Below, one piece after another: positions 46,715 through 54,720 of a stretch of 64,000 bases of DNA. The stretch lies in NCBI GenBank assembly GCA_015063855.1, contig SVTI01000001.1:8017-72016 (forward strand). Reading direction: 5' to 3'. Position 1 is the first letter of the stretch. Each line of letters starts with the position of its first letter. A program made the position numbers and the translations under genes. Under the pieces are notes generated by a model. It made no database searches, was not told where the DNA came from, and saw only the letters and a list, made by a program, of their open reading frames with translations. The stretch is from Oscillospiraceae bacterium (lineage in GTDB: Bacteria > Bacillota > Clostridia > Oscillospirales > CAG-272).

Positions 46715-46871
46715 AAAGCACCACCTCCTCTGAGAAGAAGCGATAGAGAAACTCTAAGGCAACCGTTACGTCAGTTACAATATTAGCGTTATGAACAGCC
46801 GTTTTAACGGCTTCGTAATCAGCGGAATATAGGGCGTTTCTACTGATTGTGATAAGTAACTTTTTCATCAT
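46707..46871 (-). CDS. Small protein (54 aa) translationally coupled to recombinase 2
   Basis: Not in the ORF track. GGAGG RBS. Sequence: MMKKLLITISRNALYSADYEAVKTAVHNANIVTDVTVALEFLYRFFSEEVVLYD. Its stop overlaps the recombinase ATG. Confidence 0.4.
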   Translation of the reverse strand: MMKKLLITISRNALYSADYEAVKTAVHNANIVTDVTVALEFLYRFFSEEVVLYD

Positions 46872-46883
46872 TTTACCTCCTAA

Positions 46884-48257
46884 TCAAAACTCAGTATAAC
46901 GATAATCTCTTTTGATAGAAACACCATGGCAAAAACGATGATTACCTGAGTTTTTTCTCACAGTGGGAGGGTATCCTAACAGGATCATTGCATTGTCAAG
47001 CTCTCTCCAAAATTTTTTGGATGACATATTTGAAAATCCTCTGTGTCCATTTTCGGAGCACCAAAGCTTAAATGAATTATATACAACACGATTCTCCTCT
47101 TTTTCACGAGGATCATCGAGAATCAAGCATTCATTGATAAATTCTAAGAAGGGATTCTGTTCTACACGATATTCTTGTAAGAGAATATCTGAGCTTTTAC
47201 AGGGGCTGAATTTGAAGTCATTTGACTTTAGACGGTCAAGTCCTATCAATGCCCAGTTGAAAATTCCAGGGAGCTCTTCTTTGAGCTTCTCTGTGAGATG
47301 AACGTCTCTTTCATCATCATTAAAGAATTTTGAGAAATGAAGGAATTGAAGCCTACGGTAATAACCCTCACTTCTATCCTTTGTGTCTGGAAGGTTATTG
47401 GTTGACATTACGATCTTGCACTTAGGAAAGAATTCAAAAGGTTTCTTGTTCTTGTGAGATGCCATGATGCAAGTGTCTCCGCCTACAATCTGTTTGAAAT
47501 ACTGTGTGTTAAGATGGGATATTTCATTTTCCGAGCTCATAATTAACTGCTTGTCAACAAGGGTAGCTCTAACGAACTGATTGGATAAGTCAGCTAAACC
47601 TGCATAGGAGATGTTAGATCTACCAACAAGGGCTTCAATAATTGAGCTGAAAACACCTTTGCCATTACCGCCAGAGCCGTACAATACCAAAGCTTTTTGA
47701 GCTCTCGTTTCACTACTTAATAAATAACCTAAACATTCCTGTGATAGATTAATTCTTTCTTTGTCACCCTCGAAAGATGATTCCAAAAAGCTTTCCCAAA
47801 TTGGGCATTGGGCATCTGGGTCATATTCGAATGGTAATTGAACCGTACTGTAATATTCTCTCGCATGTTCGATTAAATCTCTTGTTTCTAAATCCAACAT
47901 CCCATTACGGAAATTTATGAATTTTTTGTTCTCGTTCAGTTCTCCTGCATAAAAAACCTTGTGCTTAAGAGATTCCCAATATAGGTGCTCATAACTTGGT
48001 TTCCAAGTATTTTGAGCACGCTCATTAAAATCATTCACCAACGTATTTTTGAGTTCCATATCTGATGTTTGGGTATATACCCCGTCGTTGTAATAATACC
48101 AGCATTGGTCTTTTGAGTACATTAAATCGTAATCATTATCAACAACATTAGCATACACATTACCATTAAACTCTTTGATGTCACCATTATCTTTAAATAC
48201 AAAACCAATTTTCACCATACGCAATGTTGCATAATCCGCTATCTTTTTTTTGGGCAT
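46884..48257 (-). CDS. P4-alpha / poxvirus D5-type replication protein (SF3 helicase, primase C-terminal domain family)
   Basis: Start trimmed to MPKKKIADY (GGAGG RBS). Motifs: FRNGMLDL, CPIWESFL, Walker A VLYGSGGNGKGVF, YYRRLQFLHF. Confidence 0.8.
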   Translation of the reverse strand: MPKKKIADYATLRMVKIGFVFKDNGDIKEFNGNVYANVVDNDYDLMYSKDQCWYYYNDGVYTQTSDMELKNTLVNDFNERAQNTWKPSYEHLYWESLKHKVFYAGELNENKKFINFRNGMLDLETRDLIEHAREYYSTVQLPFEYDPDAQCPIWESFLESSFEGDKERINLSQECLGYLLSSETRAQKALVLYGSGGNGKGVFSSIIEALVGRSNISYAGLADLSNQFVRATLVDKQLIMSSENEISHLNTQYFKQIVGGDTCIMASHKNKKPFEFFPKCKIVMSTNNLPDTKDRSEGYYRRLQFLHFSKFFNDDERDVHLTEKLKEELPGIFNWALIGLDRLKSNDFKFSPCKSSDILLQEYRVEQNPFLEFINECLILDDPREKEENRVVYNSFKLWCSENGHRGFSNMSSKKFWRELDNAMILLGYPPTVRKNSGNHRFCHGVSIKRDYRYTEF

Positions 48258-48486
48258 AAAAACCTCCAAAATAATAATAAATTTCTCTTTCGAGATAGTA
48301 CTATTATTTACATAACGCCAAATATAAACTCATATTTCCAAAATAAGCTAAATAATGCCGTGCTATATCAATCTTAATTAAACCTAAAATGCCCGTCGCA
48401 CATGGGCAAACAGGCATTTTGTAATTATTTCTTATAATTAAAATTTCTAATGAATAAAATAAAAAATCTAATTTTTCTAAATTGGA

Positions 48487-48636
48487 AAATTGATTCAAAT
48501 TGAAACAAATTGATTTGTGGAATTGAAATAGCATGAACTTAGAAAAATGTTGTTCGAAGTGTCCATGTGTCCATCGACAGTAACTATAAGGAAAAAAGAC
48601 AACAGGAAGTGTCAAAGAAGTGTCCTGAATCTGTCA
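48487..48636 (+). repeat. Candidate replication origin: 10-bp-phased AAATTGA repeats in an AT-rich tract, plus iteron cluster 2 (GTGTC(C/A) x4-5)
   Basis: AAATTGA occurs at 48487, 48497 and 48507, with AATTGA at 48521. GTGTCCA occurs at 48559 and 48567, GTGTCA at 48609, GTGTCC at 48620 and TGTCA at 48632. Confidence 0.5.
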
Positions 48637-48760
48637 AAGAACGATGTTCCTGATGAATGTAAGGAATTAACACAAGCAATATAGTTAAAAAACTTGATGT
48701 GGGACATAACAATTTTCGGATTTCTGTGTGGGAAACTACGGGCAGCGAACCTTCTCCGCC

Positions 48761-48839
48761 AACAAAAAAGGACACCATAAGGTGTCCTTTTTTGTTGCTG
48801 TTTGTTTGGCAGATTCGAACTCGAAGCGCCGAGTATCGG
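48761..48839 (+). repeat. ~80-bp direct repeat, copy 1 (terminator hairpin plus inverted partial tRNA-Ser variable/T-arm fragment)
   Basis: About 93% identical to 49612-49688. It is preceded by ccttctccgcca (48750-48761, a 12-bp tRNA 3'-end match). The reverse complement of 48805-48839 resembles the tRNA segment tcggcgc..agttcgaatct. Confidence 0.7.
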
Positions 48840-48959
48840 CGGGGGTCAAGTGCAGGTTTGCGCCGCCGGGGGCGGATAAAGCAAACCGAACTTGCGTGCC
48901 GCAACACAACGAGCACGAGCGACTTTAGGAGCGAAGGGGGAGTTGATGTTGCAAACGGG

Positions 48960-48980
48960 CGAATCTCTCCTTCTCCGCCA
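48960..48980 (+). repeat. 21-bp direct repeat of the tRNA-Ser 3' end (right att-type junction)
   Basis: Exact match to 39503-39523. Confidence 0.85.
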
Positions 48981-49079
48981 AACAAAAACCGCAATTCCGA
49001 TACAAAGGGATTCCGTTTTTTGTATTTATGTGGTATAATAATATAATAATAATCAGTTACGACGAATGGAGGATACTTT

Positions 49080-49582
49080 ATGGCAAAACAATTTTTGTGG
49101 ATAACGAACACAGAAGAAAACATACAGTTTTATCGTGATTCTTCCCCTAAGTCCAACCTTTCGCTTCATTTTGCATCTGCTATTGATTGCGACACAAAGA
49201 AAAACATTTGCAGATTTGTTCGCTATTTAAGGAAAGAGTTTTTCTTCCCGATAAGATGCAATGTTTATTTTTGCAATCAGGAAAAGTTTCATTCCTCCAA
49301 AGGAGGATATTGCTACGGTATCTTTTACTCAAACGAGGAAAGCGGAGGACGCATTTATCCGCAGATCTACATACCTACAAACATGAATTTGTTCTCCGTT
49401 TATCATTCGCTCTCGCACGAGCTAACGCATTATTTTCAGTGGTACTTTTTAGACGATAACGAAAAAGCGACCGTTCGCTCGAAGTTCAGGCGTCAAGATA
49501 TGCGGATCGCGTTTTGGAAGATTATTGTAGTTACTATTGTAAAGAGCCAGACAGTTCATGTAATGGTTGCCGCGGACAATAA
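49080..49582 (+). pseudogene. Small HExxH (putative metallopeptidase-like) protein interrupted at an A5 run
   Basis: Contains the motif YHSLSHELTHYFQWYF. After the A5 run at 49462-49466, a plausible C-terminus (SLEVQASRYADRVLEDYCSYYCKEPDSSCNGCRGQ*) continues in the frame reached by adding one A. That frame ends just before a terminator. Confidence 0.5.
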
Positions 49583-49611
49583 ATTTTGTATCAAAATTAC
49601 AGTCATCTGTC

Positions 49612-49688
49612 AACAAAAAGGACACCTTAGGGTGTCTTTTTTGTTGCTGTTTGTTTGGAAGATTCGAACTCGAAGCGCCGAGTATCGG
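49612..49688 (+). repeat. ~80-bp direct repeat, copy 2 (includes the terminator of the HExxH gene)
   Basis: Sequence: aacaaaaaggacaccttagggtgtcttttttgttgctgtttgtttggaagattcgaactcgaagcgccgagtatcgg. Confidence 0.7.
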
Positions 49689-49725
49689 ATTATTTATACA
49701 AAAATAAATAATTTACGCAATAAAA

Positions 49726-49754
49726 TTGACAATCACAGCAATATACTATATAAT
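49726..49754 (+). promoter_or_regulatory. Consensus sigma-A promoter (TTGACA-17-TATAAT) of the aminotransferase gene
   Basis: Sequence: ttgaca atcacagcaatatacta tataat. Confidence 0.6.
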
Positions 49755-49787
49755 AATAATCAAAATATTACTGTAAAGAGGCTTATT

Positions 49788-50636
49788 ATGAAAACCGTAG
49801 CTTATTTTAACGGGGCATTTGGAGATTTTGACACAATGACTGTTCCCATGTCGGAACGCTCAATATATTTCGGTGATGCCGTGTATGATGCAGTGCTTGT
49901 GTTGGATGGCAAGGCATTTACCCTCGATATGCATCTTGACAGACTGTATAACAGTTGCAGTCTGATGAATATAGACTTCACTATGGAGAGAGCCGAGCTT
50001 AATGCTGAGATAAACAAGCTTCTTTCTCTCGGCTGTGGCGGTATCGAGATGCTGTATGTTCAGGTGTCACGAGGTAATGCATCCCGTAAGCATGAATTCC
50101 CCGAGAATGTCCGTCCCAATCTTCTCATGTTCGTTAAGTCTATCACCCTTCCCTCTGCAGATAAGCGTGCTTCCCTTCTCTCAATGGAGGATATGCGCTT
50201 TAAGTATTGCAATATCAAGACTGTAAATCTCTTACCTAACGTTTTTGCAGCACAGAAGGCTACCGAAAGCGGATATACCGAAGCAATTATGCACCGAGAC
50301 GGTCGTGTGACCGAGGCAGCTCATTCAAGCATTCTTATCCTTAAGAACGGCAAGGTAATAATGCCTCCCTTGGATAATCTCATTCTTCCCGGCATCACAA
50401 GAGCGGTAATATCGCAGATATGCGAGGAGCTGGGCATTCCCGCAGAGATCAGAGAATTCACCCTCGACGAGGTCATGGATGCCGACGAGATCCTTCTCTG
50501 CTCCACCACAAAGAACGTTATTTTCGTCTACAATATAGACGGCAGAGAGGTTGGCGGCAAGGATCAGGAAACAGCTAAGAAGATTCAAGAGCTTTTCCTT
50601 GATAAAATTTATAAAGAAACAGGAGTACGCTTATAG
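49788..50636 (+). CDS. dat: Class IV aminotransferase, D-amino-acid aminotransferase-like
   Basis: Start trimmed to MKTVAYFNG. The track ORF from 49080 is a read-through artefact. It has the HLDRLYNS motif, and 282 aa is typical of Dat. Confidence 0.65.
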   Translation: MKTVAYFNGAFGDFDTMTVPMSERSIYFGDAVYDAVLVLDGKAFTLDMHLDRLYNSCSLMNIDFTMERAELNAEINKLLSLGCGGIEMLYVQVSRGNASRKHEFPENVRPNLLMFVKSITLPSADKRASLLSMEDMRFKYCNIKTVNLLPNVFAAQKATESGYTEAIMHRDGRVTEAAHSSILILKNGKVIMPPLDNLILPGITRAVISQICEELGIPAEIREFTLDEVMDADEILLCSTTKNVIFVYNIDGREVGGKDQETAKKIQELFLDKIYKETGVRL

Positions 50637-50651
50637 TGTACTCCTGTTTTG
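50619..50651 (+). terminator. Terminator of dat
   Basis: Stem acaggagtac/gtactcctgt with a T-run. Confidence 0.65.
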
Positions 50652-50940
50652 GTGAATTGACAGCGTTGCTGTCGTGAATTACATCACTTCGTGATGTGTG
50701 AATTGGCTTCGCCGTGAATTGAAACCGTCTCAACGGTTTCGTTGAGGTAACTTTTCTCCCTGAAGGTCGAAAAGTGTTTTGTCATTAATTGTTGACATAA
50801 TTATCTAATTAATATATAATAAAATTGATTTTCGTCCACGGGCGAAAATCTACCTTAACGAAAGCTCTGCTTTCTATTCACGGCGCAAATCGATTCGCGT
50901 ACCAAAGGTACAATTCACAACAGCAATGCTGTCAATTAAC
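50652..50940. repeat. 289-bp imperfect palindrome built from two 5-hairpin arrays with conserved linkers (GTGAATT x4, GTTGAGGTA) around a central promoter
   Basis: Left arm: GTGAATT at 50652, 50674, 50698 and 50714, each followed by a different hairpin. Right arm: the mirror image, with AATTCAC, TATTCAC, TACCTTAAC and AATTAAC linkers. The linkers and the outermost hairpin are conserved, while the inner hairpins differ in sequence but keep stem potential. Confidence 0.8.
50792..50820 (+). promoter_or_regulatory. Consensus sigma-A promoter (TTGACA-17-TATAAT) at the centre of the palindrome, driving rarA
   Basis: Sequence: ttgaca taattatctaattaata tataat. The predicted start site falls at the first right-arm hairpin (about 50827). 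Confidence 0.6.
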
Positions 50941-50958
50941 TACTGAAAGGTTAAAGCT

Positions 50959-52185
50959 ATGTCAAACCGACCCTTAGCGGACCGTATCCGTCCGCAGAGC
51001 TTTGACGATATGGTGGGACAAAAGCATCTCTTCGGAGAGAAGGGTGCCATCCGCCGTATAGTCCAAAGCAACTATCTTCCCAATATGATATTCTGGGGTC
51101 CTCCCGGCACGGGTAAGACCACCGCAGCCAATATAATAGCCGCACAGTCGGGTATGACTCTGCGTTCTCTTAATGCTACCTCTGCATCTCTTTCCGATGT
51201 CCGCGAGGTAATAGCGGAGACCTCCTCCCTTTTCGGTGCGGGCGGTATACTTCTCTACCTTGACGAGATACAGTACTTTAACAAGAAGCAACAGCAATCT
51301 CTGCTTGAATATATGGAGGACGGAAGGATAACCCTCATCGCCTCCACCACAGAGAATCCTCATCTTTATGTTTATAACGCTATCATTTCAAGAAGTGCTA
51401 CCTTTGAGTTTAAATCGGTTACCACCGAGGATATAATACCTGCATTAAAACGTGCTCTAGATATTCTAAACGAGGATTCTTCTGTAAAGAAGACTGCCGA
51501 CGATGATGCTCTTCTCTATATTGCGGAAATAGGCGCAGGGGATGTAAGACGAAGCCTTAATTATCTTGAAAATGCATATCACGTTTCTGATGAGGTGATA
51601 ACAGCCGAGGGTGTAAAGACCTTTGCGCCTAAGGTGGTAGGAACTTTTGACAAGTCGGGCACGGTTCATTATGACATACTCTCGGGAATACAGAAGTCTA
51701 TTCGCGGCTCCGATCCCGATGCCACCATATTCTATGTGGCGAAAGCTCTTGAGGGCGGCGACCTTATAGGAGTTTGCAGAAGATTGCAGGTTATCGCAAG
51801 TGAGGACATAGGTCTTGCCTATCCTCAGGCGGCATCGATCGTGCGCGCCTGCGTACAGTCTGCATTTGATCTCGGAATGCCCGAGGCGAGAATACCTCTT
51901 GCCAATGCGGCTATCATGCTTGCAACAGCACCCAAGTCCAATTCAGCTTACCTTGCTTATGCGGCAGCGGCAGAGGATATCGAGAAGGGTAAGGGGCAGA
52001 ACATTCCCGATCACATGAGACCCTCCAACCGCTATGACAACTATAAATATCCTCATGACTATCCCGGCCACTATGTGAAGCAGCAGTATCTCCCCGATGA
52101 TCTCAGAGGTGCTAAATACTATGAGTACGGTGAAAACAAGACCGAGCAGGCGGCTAAAGCATATTGGGATAAAATTAAGAAATAA
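50959..52185 (+). CDS. rarA: Replication-associated recombination protein A (AAA+ ATPase)
   Basis: Motifs: LADRIRPQSFDDMVGQKHL, WGPPGTGKTT, and the conserved C-terminus PHDYPGHYVKQQYLP. Confidence 0.9.
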   Translation: MSNRPLADRIRPQSFDDMVGQKHLFGEKGAIRRIVQSNYLPNMIFWGPPGTGKTTAANIIAAQSGMTLRSLNATSASLSDVREVIAETSSLFGAGGILLYLDEIQYFNKKQQQSLLEYMEDGRITLIASTTENPHLYVYNAIISRSATFEFKSVTTEDIIPALKRALDILNEDSSVKKTADDDALLYIAEIGAGDVRRSLNYLENAYHVSDEVITAEGVKTFAPKVVGTFDKSGTVHYDILSGIQKSIRGSDPDATIFYVAKALEGGDLIGVCRRLQVIASEDIGLAYPQAASIVRACVQSAFDLGMPEARIPLANAAIMLATAPKSNSAYLAYAAAAEDIEKGKGQNIPDHMRPSNRYDNYKYPHDYPGHYVKQQYLPDDLRGAKYYEYGENKTEQAAKAYWDKIKK

Positions 52186-52197
52186 TATAATAAAATC

Positions 52198-52232
52198 GGC
52201 GGATATGCTTTCACACATATCCGCCCTCTTTT
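52198..52232. terminator. Bidirectional terminator
   Basis: Stem ggcggatatg/catatccgcc between convergent genes. Confidence 0.6.
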
Positions 52233-52638
52233 ATTTCTTCGTACTGCTTTTGAACTTTTTAAGATTTTTTGGTTTTTTACCCTTCTTTTTGCTTCCGATG
52301 AATGCACACACGATACATACGGCAATAACAGTAAGATAGGACACCCAATTACTGAGAAGATCGGTATCTCCGAAAAGAAGCGAAAGCGCAAAGCATATAA
52401 AAATATATACACCGCCGAAAAGAATAGACGATGTAAGCTTCCCCGTATCACGTGAAAGAGACATGGAAAGTGCACCGATAAATGCCGAAGTAAAAAGCGT
52501 TGCCCTTCCGAATAATGCAAGATTCTTTGTACTGTCGCTTGAACTGTCGGCAACAGCTCCGAAAATTAAAATAAGCACTGCCGCTGTGATAACACAGAGC
52601 AGCAGTGCCCTTATAAGTGATCTGAACAAACCTGTCAT
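52231..52638 (-). CDS. Hypothetical membrane protein (4 TM, Lys-rich tail)
   Basis: 135 aa, hydrophobic. It lies downstream of yajC. Confidence 0.55.
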   Translation of the reverse strand: MTGLFRSLIRALLLCVITAAVLILIFGAVADSSSDSTKNLALFGRATLFTSAFIGALSMSLSRDTGKLTSSILFGGVYIFICFALSLLFGDTDLLSNWVSYLTVIAVCIVCAFIGSKKKGKKPKNLKKFKSSTKK

Positions 52639-52691
52639 GATCTCTGCCCTCCGATAATACTGTAGTACAGTATATTCGGCAGGAATTTAAA

Positions 52692-52979
52692 TTATAACGC
52701 TTCCTTTTCGCTTGCCTTAACGTCTACACGGCTGATAGCGCTGCGAAGAACTCTGATCTTTGTCTTGTCCTTGCCTGTTTCGATCATAACTGTCTCTTCT
52801 CTTACAGAAACGATCTCACCTACGATACCGCCGATAGTGGTGACTTCGTCGCCTACCTCGAGGCTGTTAAGCATAGCCTGCTTTTCCTTCTCCTGCTTCT
52901 TCTGGGGTCTGATAAGAAGAAAATAGAAGATGAGAAGCATTGCAACGATCATAATAAGTGAACCCATAGGATTGCCCAT
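52692..52979 (-). CDS. yajC: Preprotein translocase subunit YajC
   Basis: Motifs: LLIRPQKKQEKEKQAML and GDEVTTIGGIVGEI. Confidence 0.85.
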   Translation of the reverse strand: MGNPMGSLIMIVAMLLIFYFLLIRPQKKQEKEKQAMLNSLEVGDEVTTIGGIVGEIVSVREETVMIETGKDKTKIRVLRSAISRVDVKASEKEAL

Positions 52980-53062
52980 GTTTATATCCTCCTGAAATTA
53001 ATTACTTTTTTGTATTAAAACAACACTAAGCTATATTATAACCTATATTACCCTCGGTGTGT

Positions 53063-53659
53063 TTAAATATTTGTAAACTTTTCCTCGGTTCCCGTCGGAG
53101 CATAGTCTCTTGCCAATATAGCACAGATGCCGATATCACAAAAACCTTTTTTAACAAACATAGCCTGACGCTGTATACCTTCGAACTGCATACCGCATCT
53201 TTCCATAACGCGACGGCTTCTGTCGTTACCGAGCATATACCTTGCCTCGATACGGTTAAGACCCATTCGGTCAAAGCCGAGACGAAGCACCGCGTTTACC
53301 GCCTCACAGGCTATTCCCCTACCCCAGTAATCGGGGTTCAGAACGTACCCGACCTCTCCCTTGAAATTTGCCATATCAAGCTCTGCAAAGCCGCAGGTTC
53401 CTATGAATTTTCTGTTTTCCTTAAGTATAATGCCGAAATCGTGAAACTCGTTCTTTTTATATGCTTCCTCTATCTGAGAAAGAAAATCACGAGTATAACC
53501 CAAGCTCTCGTGAGGGGACCACAAAAGATAACGGGTCACCTCGGGCAAGCATGCGTATTCATACATATCAGAGGCATCCGAGACCCGCATGTGGCGAAGG
53601 ATAAGTCTCTCAGTCTCTATTTTCGGTGTTCGGTCAAAAAGCTTGCTTAAAAGTTTCAT
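53063..53659 (-). CDS. GNAT-family N-acetyltransferase (RimJ/RimL-like)
   Basis: Motifs: ETERLILRHM and YWGRGIACEAV, followed by a GNAT core pattern. Confidence 0.75.
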   Translation of the reverse strand: MKLLSKLFDRTPKIETERLILRHMRVSDASDMYEYACLPEVTRYLLWSPHESLGYTRDFLSQIEEAYKKNEFHDFGIILKENRKFIGTCGFAELDMANFKGEVGYVLNPDYWGRGIACEAVNAVLRLGFDRMGLNRIEARYMLGNDRSRRVMERCGMQFEGIQRQAMFVKKGFCDIGICAILARDYAPTGTEEKFTNI

Positions 53660-53812
53660 CTCTGCTCCGTCGTTGATATACTTTAAGATATATTATAACC
53701 CTGATATATCAAATTGACAATAGCAAAATTTGAAAAATTTTTAATTTGTATTGATTTGCATTTAATTTAGTGTTATTATAATATATATATTACTTTCAGG
53801 CGGTATAACTTT

Positions 53813-54601
53813 ATGAAAAAGACTTTGACATTTATCGGTTGCGGAAACATGGCAGGCGCCATCATCGAGGGTGCCGGATCCTATTCCATATGCCTTTATG
53901 ATAAAGACGCAACAAAATATGAAAGATTCAAGGATAAGCCCTATACGGCAACCTTCTCTGTTTCGGATGCCGTAGCAGAGGGCGATTATATATTCCTATG
54001 CGTCAAGCCGCAGAATAAGGACGAGATATTACCCGAAATCGCAAAATGCGATCTCTCGGGCAAAATGATAATCTCTATTATGGCAGGCGTAAAGATCTCC
54101 ACCATCGCAAAATATATCGGAGAGGAAGTCCCCGTAGTCCGTCTTATGCCCAACACTCCCCTTATGTTAGGCAAGGGTGTTACCTCCCTTACCCGTAACG
54201 ATAAGGTTACGGATAAAAAATTCTCGGACATCTGCCGTCTGTTCTCCGAGATAGGCGAGGTTATGATAGTAACCGAGGATAAGATAGATGCGGTAACCGC
54301 AGCATCAGGATCCGCACCCGCCTACGTTTATCTTTTTATAAAATCGATTGCCGATGAGGCGAGAGCCCAGGGACTTGATATAAAAAATCTCGATGCGATA
54401 ATCGCACGTATGGTCATAGGCTCATGTCACATGGTACTTGAAAGCGGCAAGACTCCCGATGAGCTTATAAACATGGTCTGCAGTCCCAACGGTACTACCG
54501 AGAGAGCGATGAAGGTATTTGAGGAAGAAAACTTCTCCGAGATCATCTCAAAGGCAATGCAGAGATGTGCCGAGCGTTCAAAGGAGCTCTCGGAAGAGTA
54601 A
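53813..54601 (+). CDS. proC: Pyrroline-5-carboxylate reductase
   Basis: Motifs: FIGCGNMAGAII, VRLMPNTP, SPNGTTERA. Confidence 0.85.
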   Translation: MKKTLTFIGCGNMAGAIIEGAGSYSICLYDKDATKYERFKDKPYTATFSVSDAVAEGDYIFLCVKPQNKDEILPEIAKCDLSGKMIISIMAGVKISTIAKYIGEEVPVVRLMPNTPLMLGKGVTSLTRNDKVTDKKFSDICRLFSEIGEVMIVTEDKIDAVTAASGSAPAYVYLFIKSIADEARAQGLDIKNLDAIIARMVIGSCHMVLESGKTPDELINMVCSPNGTTERAMKVFEEENFSEIISKAMQRCAERSKELSEE

Positions 54602-54720
54602 TAAACCTCAGTCCCCTTGCATATCTTTTAAACACAAACGTTTAAAAGAAGGGCGGGACAAGTATCACATACTCAGAGGAACAAAAAAGATACAGAAACA
54701 ACTTCATACTGCTATGTTTA

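Larger units (their letters stand above)
39524..48980. mobile_element. 9.5-kb AT-rich genomic island inserted at the tRNA-Ser 3' end (two large serine recombinases, P4/D5-type helicase, iterons, small ORFs)
   Basis: The 21-bp exact direct repeat cgaatctctccttctccgcca occurs at 39503-39523 (in the tRNA) and at 48960-48980. The interior is AT-rich compared with the flanks. It contains recombinase and replication genes. Confidence 0.7.

Noticed and set aside
48840-48959. A GC-rich ~120-bp segment between the tRNA fragments, considered as a tmRNA, SRP-RNA or other ncRNA piece.
   Set aside because: I could not find tRNA-like acceptor pairing, a tag reading frame or conserved SRP/RNase P motifs. 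It is too short for tmRNA, so it is left as unexplained spacer within the att-scar region.
48584-49123. ORFs 48584..49123 (-), 48699..49046 (+) and 48728..48928 (+) across the island junction.
   Set aside because: They cover tRNA fragments, terminator hairpins and repeats. They have no RBS and their translations are basic and low-complexity. They are most likely non-coding.
49080-50636. A single 518-aa ORF in the track spanning the HExxH gene, a terminator repeat, a promoter and the aminotransferase.
   Set aside because: It reads through a terminator hairpin and a consensus promoter. The aminotransferase has its own ATG (49788). The upstream part continues sensibly in another frame after an A5 run, so it was split into a frameshifted small gene plus dat.
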